The notes below the pieces were generated by a model. The model was not told the DNA's origin. It saw nothing but the letters and a program-made list of their open reading frames with translations, and made no database searches. Position numbers and translations under genes: made by a program. 32,000 nt of DNA from Geotalea uraniireducens Rf4 (GTDB lineage: Bacteria > Desulfobacterota > Desulfuromonadia > Geobacterales > Geobacteraceae), in NCBI RefSeq assembly GCF_000016745.1, contig NC_009483.1, forward strand, positions 4,620,001 through 4,652,000, in the 5' to 3' direction. Shown piece by piece: positions 1 to 9,478 of this stretch (positions within the stretch are counted from its first letter, which is position 1; each line of letters begins with the position of its first letter).

Positions 1-867
1 GCTTGCCAGCGCCGCCATGATGTTGTCGATGTTATGCACCCCTTTAAGCCGGAAGGAAGCGGTTGCAAAAAGCTCCTCGCGCCCTTCCCAGCGGTAGACT
101 ATGGAGCCGTTGCGGTAGAAAATCCCCTGCGCCAACTCCTGCCGCTGACTTGTGGGCACCACCCGCGCCTTCATTTTACCGGCATACGCGGCGACGAGCG
201 GGTCATCCATGTTAAGCACCGCATAATCCGCGCTGGTCTGGTTCTCGAAGATTCTCAGCTTGGCGTCGATATACTCCTGGTAGGTTGCGTAGCGGTCCAG
301 GTGGTCTTCGGTGATATTGAGCAGCACTGCCACCTGCGGCCGAAAATCGATGATTCCCTCAAGCTGGAACGAACTGAGTTCGACCACTACCCGGTCAACC
401 GCTTCGCCGCTTGTAACGAGCTCGATGAGCGGGTTACCGATATTGCCGCCGACAAAGGTCTTGAAACCGCAGGCAGCAAAAATCTCACCGGTCAGGGTCG
501 TAGTGGTGGTTTTACCGTTGGTGCCGGTAATGGCAACGAGGGGCGCTGTGAGAAACCGGGCAGCCAGTTCTATTTCGCTGATCACCGTCCGGCGCTGGGC
601 CTTGGCCAGCAGCAACGGCTTGATATCCATCGGCACACCGGGGCTGACGACAACCAGGTCCGCCATGAGGAAGCTGTGCCTCTCGTGCCTGCCAAGCTCA
701 TAATCGATATCCAGGTCGGCGAGCTGCTCCATTAACGGTGCGAGCGCCGCTTCATCCTTCATGTCGGTAACGGTGACCCGTGCCCCCCGCGCTGCCAGGA
801 AACGGGCCACGGCAACCCCGGTACGGGCCAGACCGACTACCAGTATTTTCTTGTTTAATAATTCCAT
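1..867 (-). CDS. murD: UDP-N-acetylmuramoylalanine--D-glutamate ligase MurD, N-terminal 289 codons (C-terminus lies beyond window start)
   Basis: Reverse frame is open from ATG (867-865) to position 1. My translation starts [35 protein letters not shown] and contains the Mur-ligase P-loop [10 protein letters not shown]. It lies downstream of mraY as in canonical dcw clusters. It is absent from the ORF track because there is no stop in the window; + ORF 34..735 is its antisense shadow. Confidence 0.9.
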   Translation of the reverse strand, partial: MELLNKKILVVGLARTGVAVARFLAARGARVTVTDMKDEAALAPLMEQLADLDIDYELGRHERHSFLMADLVVVSPGVPMDIKPLLLAKAQRRTVISEIELAARFLTAPLVAITGTNGKTTTTTLTGEIFAACGFKTFVGGNIGNPLIELVTSGEAVDRVVVELSSFQLEGIIDFRPQVAVLLNITEDHLDRYATYQEYIDAKLRIFENQTSADYAVLNMDDPLVAAYAGKMKARVVPTSQRQELAQGIFYRNGSIVYRWEGREELFATASFRLKGVHNIDNIMAALAS

Positions 868-883
868 GTTCCTCTTCGCATTC

Positions 884-958
884 GTAGGGGCGGGGTTCCC
901 CCGCCCTGGTTGCCGCGCCCTGGTTCCCCCGCCCAGGGCGGGGGAACCCCGCCCCTAC
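884..958. repeat. GC-rich REP-like perfect inverted repeat (26-nt arms, 23-nt spacer) in the mraY-murD intergenic gap
   Basis: GTAGGGGCGGGGTTCCCCCGCCCTGG (884-909) is the exact reverse complement of CCAGGGCGGGGGAACCCCGCCCCTAC (933-958). Each arm is itself internally palindromic (GGGCGGGG/CCCCGCCC). The spacer repeats CCCTGGTT. Confidence 0.85.
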
Positions 959-968
959 ATCATTATGT

Positions 969-2045
969 CTACCGCATCTTCAGCGTCGAGATGGCCACCA
1001 GCGCCAGGATGATGGTGATGATCCAGAAACGGACGATGATCTTCGGTTCGGCGACCCCCTTCAGCTCGAAGTGATGATGGATGGGCGCCATGCGGAAGAT
1101 CCTCTTGCCGCGATATTTGTACGACCCGACCTGAAAGATTACAGAGAGCGCCTCGACGACGAAAACGCCGCCGACGATGACCAGCAGGATTTCCTGCTTG
1201 GTGATGACCGCCAGGGTCCCGAGCCCCCCCCCGAGGGAGAGGGAACCCACATCCCCCATGAACACCTCGGCGGGATAGGAATTGTACCAGAGGAAGCCGA
1301 GCCCCGCCCCGACCATGGCGCCGCAAAGCACGGCAAGCTCACCGGAACCGGGAACATAAGGGATCTGCAGGTAACCTGAGAGCTTCGCGTTGCCGGCAAT
1401 ATAGGTAAAGAGCAGATAGGTAGCGGCGTTGATCGCCACCGGGCCGATGGCGAGGCCGTCCAGGCCGTCGGTGAGATTCACCGCATTACTCGCCCCGACA
1501 ATGACAAGGGTGACGAACGGGATGTACAACAGTCCCAGGTCAGGGTGGAGACGCTTAAAAAACGGAAAGTAGAGATCAGTGGAAAAGCCCGCCAGGTTAA
1601 AGAGGAAAATTCCCACCCCGCTCCCGAGCAGCACCTGCCAGAACATCTTCTGCCGTGGAGAGAGCCCTTTCGGGTTCTTTTCCACCACCTTCTTATAATC
1701 ATCGACAAAGCCGATCAGGCCGTAACCGGCGATAATAAAGAGCGTCAACCAGATATATACATTGGTCAGGTCGGCCCAGAGCAGCGTCGGTATGATAATG
1801 GCAGCGAGTATCAGCACTCCCCCCATGGTCGGCGTTCCCTGCTTCTTCAGGTGTGACTCGGGGCCGTCGGTCCGGATCACCTGACGGGCCTGGAGGCTCT
1901 CCAGCCTGCGGATGAGCCAGGGGCCGAGGATAAAGGCAACGACCAGCGCAGTAATCATGGCGTAGATGGTCCTGAAGGTCAGGTATTTGAATACGTTGAA
2001 CAGTTTATAACTGGATGCCAGCGGGAACAGCAGATGATAGAGCAT
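969..2045 (-). CDS. mraY: phospho-N-acetylmuramoyl-pentapeptide transferase
   Basis: 358-aa polytopic membrane ORF with MraY hallmarks ([33 protein letters not shown]). Its start overlaps the murF stop (TGATG). Position fits the dcw cluster. Confidence 0.95.
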   Translation of the reverse strand: MLYHLLFPLASSYKLFNVFKYLTFRTIYAMITALVVAFILGPWLIRRLESLQARQVIRTDGPESHLKKQGTPTMGGVLILAAIIIPTLLWADLTNVYIWLTLFIIAGYGLIGFVDDYKKVVEKNPKGLSPRQKMFWQVLLGSGVGIFLFNLAGFSTDLYFPFFKRLHPDLGLLYIPFVTLVIVGASNAVNLTDGLDGLAIGPVAINAATYLLFTYIAGNAKLSGYLQIPYVPGSGELAVLCGAMVGAGLGFLWYNSYPAEVFMGDVGSLSLGGGLGTLAVITKQEILLVIVGGVFVVEALSVIFQVGSYKYRGKRIFRMAPIHHHFELKGVAEPKIIVRFWIITIILALVAISTLKMR

Positions 2046-3460
2046 CAGGCGACCTCGTTCTTTTCACCAGGCAGAGCAAAGCCTTGCCTGATGGCTTCCG
2101 CCACGATATCCATGCGCATACCGCGCGACCCCTTGACCAGAATATTGTCCCCCTTGGCCACCCTGCGGCGCAGGTCGGCAATAATCTCCTCATGGGTACG
2201 AGCCACGACGATGTTTTCCGGGCTGAGACCACCGTCAACCGCTCCGGCCGCGACAGTCTCCGCCATCTCGCCCATGGCGTAGAGGCGCTCTACGCAGGTT
2301 GCGGCAAGAAGCCCCACCTCACGGTGGGCTGCCACAGAGCCTGTACCCAGTTCCAGCATATCTCCAAGGATCGCAATGGCACGGCTCTCTTCGCGTATAT
2401 CGCGGAGAGTCACAAGCGCCGCCGCCATGGAGGCCGGATTTGCATTATAGCTGTCATCAACGAGCACTACGCCGCGGATCTCTTCCAGACTGAACCGTTT
2501 GTCATAGGGGGTGAACTCCTCCAGCCCCGAACGGATCAGCTCCGGGTCCACTCCGAGCAGATGGGCGGCAGCGGCGGCAGCCAGGGCATTGTACACATTA
2601 TGCAGGCCATAAGCCTTCATCCGCACCGGCACATCCACTCCCGGAAGGCGAAGGGTGAAGCGGAGCCCTTCTCTGCCTAGGCTCTCAATCCCTTCTGAAC
2701 TCACCTCCGCCCCGCGGAGGCCGAAGGAAAGCCTCTTTACGCCGGCAGGAGCCGGGCATCGGGAGATGAGCGGGTCGTCGGCATTATACACTGCCCAGCC
2801 GTCTGTCTTGAGACGCATGAACAGCTCGCCTTTCGCCTTTGCCACAGCCTCCACACTCCCCATGCTCTCCAGGTGAGCGGTAAAAGCATTGGTAATGACC
2901 CCTATCCGTGGGTTCGCCATTTCCGCCAGACGGTCTATTTCTCCAGGCTCACTCATTCCCATCTCAAGGACCGCCCAGCGATCCCTTTTCGTCAGGCGCA
3001 GCAGCATCAACGGTAAGCCGATCAGGTTATTCAGATTGCCGCTGGTCTTCAATCCAGGCCCGGTCTGCGCCAGAATTGTGGCCAGCATCTCTTTGGTGGT
3101 GGTTTTGCCGTTGCTCCCCGTGATCCCGACCAGCGGCAAGTCGAACCGGCTGCGATGCCAGGCAGCCAGGTCACCGAGCGCCCTTAGGGTATCGGGTACT
3201 GCCACATAAATTACGTCGTTTGGTGGTTGCTTGCCGGCAAGCCGGTCCGCAGCAACAAGAAAAGCGCGGACACCTCTGGCAACCGCAGCCTCCAGATAGT
3301 CATGTCCGTCGAATCGTTCTCCCTTTAAAGCAACGAAGAGCTCACCGGCAGCAACCTGCCGCGAATCGGTGGAAACGCCGGAAACAGCATCGTTGCCGCT
3401 GCCGATCCTGGTCCCACCGGTTGCTTCGATTATCTCGTCGATTGTGAACATGCGCGCCAT
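2045..3460 (-). CDS. murF: UDP-N-acetylmuramoyl-tripeptide--D-alanyl-D-alanine ligase
   Basis: Mur ligase motifs ([22 protein letters not shown]) and dcw position. The ORF track start is 3475, but the ATG at 3460 ([10 protein letters not shown]) follows a GAGGGA Shine-Dalgarno and is the likelier start. Confidence 0.9.
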   Translation of the reverse strand: MARMFTIDEIIEATGGTRIGSGNDAVSGVSTDSRQVAAGELFVALKGERFDGHDYLEAAVARGVRAFLVAADRLAGKQPPNDVIYVAVPDTLRALGDLAAWHRSRFDLPLVGITGSNGKTTTKEMLATILAQTGPGLKTSGNLNNLIGLPLMLLRLTKRDRWAVLEMGMSEPGEIDRLAEMANPRIGVITNAFTAHLESMGSVEAVAKAKGELFMRLKTDGWAVYNADDPLISRCPAPAGVKRLSFGLRGAEVSSEGIESLGREGLRFTLRLPGVDVPVRMKAYGLHNVYNALAAAAAAHLLGVDPELIRSGLEEFTPYDKRFSLEEIRGVVLVDDSYNANPASMAAALVTLRDIREESRAIAILGDMLELGTGSVAAHREVGLLAATCVERLYAMGEMAETVAAGAVDGGLSPENIVVARTHEEIIADLRRRVAKGDNILVKGSRGMRMDIVAEAIRQGFALPGEKNEVA

Positions 3461-3480
3461 TCTTCCCTCAACCATAACAT

Positions 3481-5001
3481 TTATCCGGCAAGCTCACGGC
3501 ACGCTTGCGCCGCCTCTTCCCGGTCGTCGAAATGATGCTTTTCGCTGCCGATAATCTGGTAATCCTCATGCCCTTTGCCGGCCAACAGGACGATATCTCC
3601 CGGTCTCGCCGCCGCTACCGCCAGCCTGATCGCCTCGCGGCGCGACTCGACGGCGGCGTACCCCTTTTCGCTGAAACCGTGGCGCAATTCCTCACTGCCG
3701 TATTCCCTGATACCCAGAGGAACTATCCCCTCCCGCACTCCGGCAATGATCTTCTCCGGATCTTCGCTTCTGGGATTGTCAGAGGTTATGATGCTCAAAT
3801 CACTGTAGCGCCCCGCGATCTCTCCCATCACCGGACGCTTTCCCCGGTCGCGGTCGCCACCGCAGCCAAAGACCGTTATAATGCGCCCTTTTTTCAGCTC
3901 GGTCAGGGTGCGCAACACGTTTTCCAGGGCATCACCGGTATGGGCATAGTCAACGAGAATGGTGAGTCCGCGGTCATTGGCAACCCGTTCCACCCGCCCC
4001 GGAACTTGTGGATGGTGCTCGAGACCCTCATGGATTGCATCAAGCGGCAGCTCCATGGCGATTCCGGCTGCAGTTGCAGCCAGAATGTTATAAAGGTTGA
4101 AACGGCCCAGCAGTTCCGAATGGAGGTTAATCTGTCCTTGCGGGGTTACCAGGACGCAGCTGATGCCGGCTACGGAAAACACCACCCGCTCCGCACGTAC
4201 GTGGGCATTACCGGAGATGCCGTATGAAAGGACAGGACAGGCAGCACCCTGCACTATCCGCGGACCGTATGGGTCATCGATATTAACTACTGCGCAACGT
4301 TTCGGCTTTATCCGGTCTGCAGCGAGGAGTTCGGAGAAGAGCCGCATTTTGCTCTGAAAATACGACTCCATATCAAGATGGTAATCCAGGTGGTCGCGGG
4401 TCAGGTTGGTAAATACGCCTACATCGAAGCAGCATCCGTCTACCCTCCGCTGCTGGAGGGCATGGGAAGAAACCTCCATGACAACCCCCTTGGCCCCCAT
4501 GTCGATTAATTCTCGCAGGGTCCGCTGCAGATCAACGGATTCGGGTGTTGTATTGGGGGCCGGGATGGCCTTTTCTCTGAAACGATAATTGACCGTGCCC
4601 AGCACGGCCGCAGGTATACCACTCTTCTCAAGAATCGATTCAATCAGGTACGTTATGGTCGTTTTGCCGTTTGTACCGGTAATGCCGACGAGCGGCAGGG
4701 TAGCAGTCGGGAAGCCGTAGAAGGCAGCAGCCATCCGAGACATGGCCAACCTGGCATCGGCTACCCGCACCCATGGTATTCCTTGTGGAGTCAGGGTCCC
4801 ATCAACCACAACGGCAACTGCTCCGGCTTTTATCGCTGTATCGACAAAGCTGTATCCGTCGCTGGCAACCCCCTTTAAAGCGAAAAAGAGTCCACCGGCC
4901 TTCACCCTCCGGGAATCGTAGTAAAGCCCCTCGATTTCCGGGTCGGCGCCACCGCCAACTTCAAGCGGCATAACGGATTTTGTCAATTCGGAAAGTAGCA
5001 T
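3481..5001 (-). CDS. murE: UDP-N-acetylmuramoyl-L-alanyl-D-glutamate--2,6-diaminopimelate ligase
   Basis: 506-aa ORF with [11 protein letters not shown]-loop, VMEVSSHAL, a DNPR motif (ITSDNPRSEDP) and dcw order. Confidence 0.93.
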   Translation of the reverse strand: MLLSELTKSVMPLEVGGGADPEIEGLYYDSRRVKAGGLFFALKGVASDGYSFVDTAIKAGAVAVVVDGTLTPQGIPWVRVADARLAMSRMAAAFYGFPTATLPLVGITGTNGKTTITYLIESILEKSGIPAAVLGTVNYRFREKAIPAPNTTPESVDLQRTLRELIDMGAKGVVMEVSSHALQQRRVDGCCFDVGVFTNLTRDHLDYHLDMESYFQSKMRLFSELLAADRIKPKRCAVVNIDDPYGPRIVQGAACPVLSYGISGNAHVRAERVVFSVAGISCVLVTPQGQINLHSELLGRFNLYNILAATAAGIAMELPLDAIHEGLEHHPQVPGRVERVANDRGLTILVDYAHTGDALENVLRTLTELKKGRIITVFGCGGDRDRGKRPVMGEIAGRYSDLSIITSDNPRSEDPEKIIAGVREGIVPLGIREYGSEELRHGFSEKGYAAVESRREAIRLAVAAARPGDIVLLAGKGHEDYQIIGSEKHHFDDREEAAQACRELAG

Positions 5002-5053
5002 TTGACCTCAAACATGGGCAATTGTCAAAAGTTATTTCTCAGAGTTCTGTTCG

Positions 5054-7027
5054 TCAGGCAGCCGGAACAAACTTGACCCAGACCTGATCGTTCGCACCAA
5101 TCCGGCTCCCGGCCATTGGATTTTGTTCTACAGCCCGACCGCTCCCCAGCAACTTGACGTTGATGCCGCGTTTTTCCATGATTTTCAGTACCTGGCGCAT
5201 GCTCAGCCCCTGGAAATTCGGCATTACCGTCCCCCCCGTGCCGTCTACTATACCCCCGTCAGCCACAGCATCGGCCGTTTCGACAGAGGGAGTCGCCTTT
5301 GCCTCTAGCTGCTCAGGCCTTTTTTTCATCCCCTTGTCCGGTGGAACTTTCAGGTAGCAGAGTGCCTGCTGGGCAATGGCGCTGAACGCAGGTGCGGCCA
5401 CTACCCCTCCGTAGGAGCTGGTCTTCGGCTCATCGATTACCACCAGGATGGTCAATCGTGGCTTTTCCAAGGGAACAAAACCGACAAACGAAGCGGTCCG
5501 CTTGTTTACGGAATACCCCCTCGTAAGAGGATCGACCTTTTGGGCAGTTCCCGTCTTTCCCGCAGAGCGATAGCCGTCAACAGCGGCATTTACCCCGGTT
5601 CCCCCTTCAACTACGACACCTTCCAGCATCCTCGCAACAGTTTTTGCCGTCTCTGGCGAAAGAATCCGTCGCTTAACCACAGGAGCAAAGACCTGCAATG
5701 CATTACCACTGTCATCGCTGATCTTTTCCACCAGATACGGCTTCATAAGCAATCCGCCGTTGGCAACTGCCGAAACCGCCGTCGCGATTTGCAAGGCAGT
5801 GGCTGAAACCCCCTGGCCAAAAGATATGGTGGCGAGATCCACACCGAACCATTGATTCTTGTTGCGCAGGTTGCCGCCTGATTCCCCCGGCAGATCTATA
5901 CCGCTCCTTTCGCCGAAACCGAAATTGGTAAGTGCTGCATAGAGCCGTTCCTGGCCAAGCCTGGTCCCTATCTTTGCTGCACCGATATTGCTGGAGTATT
6001 TCAGAATCTGGGCAACGCTGAGACCGCCGTATCTATGGGTATCGTGTATGGTCCTGCCGCCGATGCTGTAACTGCCGTTCTCGCAGTTGAAGCCATCGGT
6101 CGGCCGTATCACTTTCTCTTCAAGTGCCGCAGCGACAAGAAAAATCTTGAAAGTCGAGCCAGGCTCAAAACTGTCCGATATGGATCGGTTTCTCAATGCC
6201 TGCGGCGAATACTTGAAATAGGTATTCGGGTTGAAATTCGGGTAGTTGGCCATGGCCAGCACACGGCCCGTCTCCGGCTCCATCACCAGGGCAATCCCCG
6301 CCTTGGCGCCGTTTGTCTCCACTGCCTTGGTCAATTCCTTCTCAGCGATATACTGAATGTTTTTATCGAGGGTAAGGGTGACGTTGTGTCCCTTGTCCGC
6401 ACTTTTCACCACCGCCCCTTTCAGGTCGATGTCCCGGCCCAGGGCATCCCGCTCGGTTACCAGGTAACCGGTACTGCCGAGAATGGTGGAGTCATATTTC
6501 AGCTCGATCCCCTCCAAACCTTCAGGGTCCAGTCCGGTGAAGCCCACCACATGGGAAGCTACCTCGGAGTTGGGATAAAATCGTTTGCCTTCCTTGACAA
6601 AGCCTATGCCATCCAGATCGAGAGACTTGATCCTGGCCACGAGATCCGGCGCCATTCGTCGCTGGAGCCAGACAAAGTTTTTATTCCCATTGAGCTTCTT
6701 TTCCACCTGCTCTTTCGGCAGCGCCAAAAGCGGGGCAAGCTTGGCCGCCGCTTCGGGCAGGCTCTCCATGTTGCGCGGCTCCGCATAGCAGGAATCCATC
6801 TCGATGGAAACGGCCAGCGGGGCATTATTACTGTCGAATATGACGCCGCGGGCCGGCGTCAGAGGCACGATACGCTGATGCTGTTTTTCCGCCAGCTTGA
6901 CCAACGAATCTTTTTTTACCACCTGCAGATAAAAGGCACGGGATGCGACCAGGACAAAAATGGTGACAAAGAGCACCCACATCAAACGGATGCGGACTCT
7001 TGTCCATTTTTCCCTGCTGTCCATCAT
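5054..7027 (-). CDS. ftsI: division-specific class B penicillin-binding protein (FtsI/PBP3) with C-terminal PASTA domain
   Basis: 657 aa with an N-terminal TM anchor and transpeptidase motifs STFK (PGSTFKIF), SSN (YSSNIG) and KTGT (GKTGTAQK). The last ~57 aa (VMPNFQGLSMRQVLKIMEKRGINVKLLGSGRAVEQNPMAGSRIGANDQVWVKF) match the PASTA consensus. There is an ATGA overlap with ftsL. Confidence 0.93.
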   Translation of the reverse strand: MMDSREKWTRVRIRLMWVLFVTIFVLVASRAFYLQVVKKDSLVKLAEKQHQRIVPLTPARGVIFDSNNAPLAVSIEMDSCYAEPRNMESLPEAAAKLAPLLALPKEQVEKKLNGNKNFVWLQRRMAPDLVARIKSLDLDGIGFVKEGKRFYPNSEVASHVVGFTGLDPEGLEGIELKYDSTILGSTGYLVTERDALGRDIDLKGAVVKSADKGHNVTLTLDKNIQYIAEKELTKAVETNGAKAGIALVMEPETGRVLAMANYPNFNPNTYFKYSPQALRNRSISDSFEPGSTFKIFLVAAALEEKVIRPTDGFNCENGSYSIGGRTIHDTHRYGGLSVAQILKYSSNIGAAKIGTRLGQERLYAALTNFGFGERSGIDLPGESGGNLRNKNQWFGVDLATISFGQGVSATALQIATAVSAVANGGLLMKPYLVEKISDDSGNALQVFAPVVKRRILSPETAKTVARMLEGVVVEGGTGVNAAVDGYRSAGKTGTAQKVDPLTRGYSVNKRTASFVGFVPLEKPRLTILVVIDEPKTSSYGGVVAAPAFSAIAQQALCYLKVPPDKGMKKRPEQLEAKATPSVETADAVADGGIVDGTGGTVMPNFQGLSMRQVLKIMEKRGINVKLLGSGRAVEQNPMAGSRIGANDQVWVKFVPAA

Positions 7028-7359
7028 TTTACGACAACCACCTGTTGTTCCGTCGGCATCGTCATGCCAAGTTCGCCCTTGGCAAGCGCCTCGATCCTGG
7101 CAGGCGTTTTCAATGAAGCAACCTCCAGCTTGAGCCGCTTATTCTCCTGCTGTTGCTCCTTGTATGAACCGTTCGTGCCAACAATCTGGAGATTCAAATC
7201 GATAACCTTCACCCGTGACCAGACATGGAAGATGGAAACCACGGTTACCATCGCCATGACTGCCGTCAGGTAGGGAAATGAACTCCAGCGCAAATCAACA
7301 ACAGCGGCGCTCTTTGTTGGAGCAGCTACTTTGCTGAATGTCGCTTTACTATGTGCCAT
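7024..7359 (-). CDS. ftsL: cell division protein FtsL
   Basis: Small bitopic protein (TM LTAVMAMVTVVSIFHVW followed by coiled coil) between rsmH and ftsI. The ATG at 7359 is preceded by GGGGAGG at good spacing. The track start at 7374 is also ATG but lacks an SD. Confidence 0.8.
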   Translation of the reverse strand: MAHSKATFSKVAAPTKSAAVVDLRWSSFPYLTAVMAMVTVVSIFHVWSRVKVIDLNLQIVGTNGSYKEQQQENKRLKLEVASLKTPARIEALAKGELGMTMPTEQQVVVVK

Positions 7360-7378
7360 ATGCAGCCTCCCCATAATT

Positions 7379-8317
7379 CTAAATCTTTTCGGCAGCTCTC
7401 AGCCTGGCGCTGCGCGAGCGAGGGTTCATCGACACCTCCGCCTCATTTGCCATTACCGGCTTGCCGGTTATTACCTTGACCAGAGGCAGTTTGCCGCACA
7501 CGCAGCGCGGGATGCTCTTTGGGCAGGTACAACCTTGGGCAAAGGAACGAAAACTGGTTTTGACTATTCGGTCTTCCAGGGAGTGGAACGATATGACGAC
7601 CCCTCGCCCCCCCTTTTTCAGAAACCTTACACCAGCGGCCAGCGCCTTTTCCAGACTTGCCAACTCATCATTAACCGCTATGCGCAACGCCTGGAAGGTT
7701 CGTGTCGCCGGGTGAAGCCGAACATCCCATGCCCCGCGAGGAACCGCCCCCTTTATCACATCGACCAGTTGCATGGTGGTTTCAATGGGCGACTCTTCCC
7801 GTCTTTTGACAATGAATGCGGCAATCCTTTTTGCCCAGCGTTCTTCTCCGTAGTCCCAGATGATCCGGGCCAAATCTGCCTCGGAAAGAGTATTCACCAG
7901 ATCCGACGCACTTTGGCCGGAACTGACGTCCATTCGCATATCGAGGGGAGCATCGTGCTGGAAACTGAACCCCCGCGCCGCTGTATCCAACTGATGGGAG
8001 GAAACCCCCACATCGAGGAGAAACCCGTCGATTGCATCTATACCCATTTCATCCAGGGTCTCTGCCAAGCAGGCAAAATTCCTCTGAACCAGCCGCACCC
8101 TCTCCCCGTAAGGTGCAAGCCGTTCTGCCGCAATTGCTATTGCCTCCCGGTCCCGGTCGAATCCGATCAACAGACCGTCGGGAGCCGAGGCCTCCAGAAT
8201 CTGCCGGGCATGCCCCCCACCGCCGAGAGTGCCGTCCACATAGATACCGCCGGCCCGTGGCGCCAGATATTGGATAACCTCCGCCGCCATGACTGATATA
8301 TGGTGAAAATCCGACAC
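7379..8317 (-). CDS. rsmH: 16S rRNA (cytosine1402-N4)-methyltransferase
   Basis: 312 aa with characteristic [20 protein letters not shown]-like ([10 protein letters not shown]) and SFHSLEDR motifs. It is the second gene of the dcw cluster. Confidence 0.95.
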   Translation of the reverse strand: MSDFHHISVMAAEVIQYLAPRAGGIYVDGTLGGGGHARQILEASAPDGLLIGFDRDREAIAIAAERLAPYGERVRLVQRNFACLAETLDEMGIDAIDGFLLDVGVSSHQLDTAARGFSFQHDAPLDMRMDVSSGQSASDLVNTLSEADLARIIWDYGEERWAKRIAAFIVKRREESPIETTMQLVDVIKGAVPRGAWDVRLHPATRTFQALRIAVNDELASLEKALAAGVRFLKKGGRGVVISFHSLEDRIVKTSFRSFAQGCTCPKSIPRCVCGKLPLVKVITGKPVMANEAEVSMNPRSRSARLRAAEKI

Positions 8318-8800
8318 CTAAAGGCCCAACTCAGCCAGCACCGGAGAATCAATGGGAAAGTTCTGCTCGTCCTGCCTGCAAACCTTCTCCCACTCCGCCT
8401 GGCTCCATATCTCCGCCTTGTTCAGCATCCCGACGAAGAGAATTTCCCGCTCCAGGACGGCGCTCTTGCGGAGATGGGGCGGAACAAGCACACGCCCGAG
8501 CTTGTCGGCGACACACTCGATGGCCGGCGCCACGATCCGCCGCTTGACGGCGGCAAGCTCGGCAGATGAAAGCCCCAATCCAGTACCGACCATGAGCTTC
8601 TCCTCCAGTGCGAGCCATTCCTTGTAAGGATAAACGACGAGACCCGAACTGTACACACCCTCTCCAAGCCTCACCGGATTGGAATTGGTGATAAAAAACC
8701 GCTCATCGCCAAAGGTCTCAAAGAGCACATCCCGGAACTTGGCCGGCAAGCTCGTTCGCCCCTTGACGTCGATAGTTGTCTCGAATTTCCCTCTAAACAT
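8318..8800 (-). CDS. mraZ: transcriptional regulator MraZ
   Basis: MFRGKFETTIDVKGRTSLPAKFR is a typical MraZ N-terminus, and the duplicated SpoVT/AbrB-like halves each carry a G-R/DxxGRxxxP-type motif (VKGRTSLP, DKLGRVLVP). The track start at 8824 is a GTG inside the operator repeats; ATG 8800 is preferred. Confidence 0.9.
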   Translation of the reverse strand: MFRGKFETTIDVKGRTSLPAKFRDVLFETFGDERFFITNSNPVRLGEGVYSSGLVVYPYKEWLALEEKLMVGTGLGLSSAELAAVKRRIVAPAIECVADKLGRVLVPPHLRKSAVLEREILFVGMLNKAEIWSQAEWEKVCRQDEQNFPIDSPVLAELGL

Positions 8801-8813
8801 GGTCACCCTGGCA

Positions 8814-8848
8814 CTACTTTCCACACTTTACCACTTTATACCACTTTA
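8814..8848 (-). promoter_or_regulatory. putative MraZ operator: phased direct repeats (AAAGTGG boxes, 10-bp period)
   Basis: On the + strand CCAC occurs at 8821, 8831 and 8841 (ccacacttta ccactttata ccactttacg), exactly 10 bp apart. A degenerate fourth box CTACTTT lies at 8814-8820. The reverse strand reads AAAGTGG/AAAGTGG/AAAGTGTGG/AAAGTAG, between the -10 element and the mraZ ATG. Confidence 0.6.
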
Positions 8849-8855
8849 CGGAGAA

Positions 8856-8884
8856 ACTATACTAGCGGTCAATTGGGTTGTCAA
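8856..8884 (-). promoter_or_regulatory. sigma70-type dcw (Pmra) promoter: TTGACA-N17-TATAGT
   Basis: The reverse strand reads cTTGACAacccaattgaccgctagTATAGTttc. The -35 is at 8884-8879 and the -10 at 8861-8856, with an exact 17-nt spacer, ~55 nt upstream of the mraZ ATG. Confidence 0.65.
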
Positions 8885-9094
8885 GGCAAAATTAGGTGAA
8901 AATGTTGAATTTTTCTGCGTTTTATTAAGGAGTTATGCGAAGCAGGATATCAAGGAGGGAAACTCCGGGGGAGGAGAATAAATACATTGTCATTCTAGGA
9001 AGTTGGGGTATTCAATTGGCCAAAATGCAATCATGCCGAGGATTATCAGCTGGGCGGCGACAGGAAAACGGATTAACAGGCGATTTGATGCCCG

Positions 9095-9430
9095 CTATTC
9101 CTTCTTTTTTCTGTCGAAGAGAGAAACTACCTTCGCCCCCCCTTTTTTTTCGTTGTCATCCTCTTTAGCCTCAGGACTTGCCGCTTGCGCCACCGGCTCG
9201 GGCGAAACAATCTTTTCCAGGAGGACAGGCGTCCCGCCCATGGTAAATGGTGCGCCGTTTATCTGGCTCTCCTCCAGAATCCAGGTGTAGATCTGCACCG
9301 GAATGGTCAGAACCAGCAGTTTCACCTTCCACCATCCCGCCTTGACGTCAGGGGAAACATCTTCTATCCTAGCATAAAAACCTGGCTTGTTATCAATATG
9401 CACAAGCACCAAGTCATTTATCGTCGTCAT
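9095..9430 (-). CDS. hypothetical protein (111 aa)
   Basis: Clean ORF co-directional with its neighbours. It has a compact N-terminal domain and a charged, low-complexity C-terminal tail (EAKEDDNEKKGGAKVVSLFDRKKKE). I recognise no family. Confidence 0.55.
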   Translation of the reverse strand: MTTINDLVLVHIDNKPGFYARIEDVSPDVKAGWWKVKLLVLTIPVQIYTWILEESQINGAPFTMGGTPVLLEKIVSPEPVAQAASPEAKEDDNEKKGGAKVVSLFDRKKKE

Positions 9431-9478
9431 CGCCTCTCCCCAATTACCGCATTGATTATCGCCCGGACAGTGGTCGCC

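Noticed and set aside
34-8296. Long + strand ORFs opposite the dcw genes (34..735, 2015..2680, 3505..4227, 6035..7273, 7331..8296 and smaller ones)
   Set aside because: Each lies entirely antisense to a reverse-strand gene with unmistakable family motifs. Their translations are Arg/Pro/Gly/Ser-rich low-complexity strings typical of antisense frames in GC-rich DNA. None has a convincing SD or recognisable motif.
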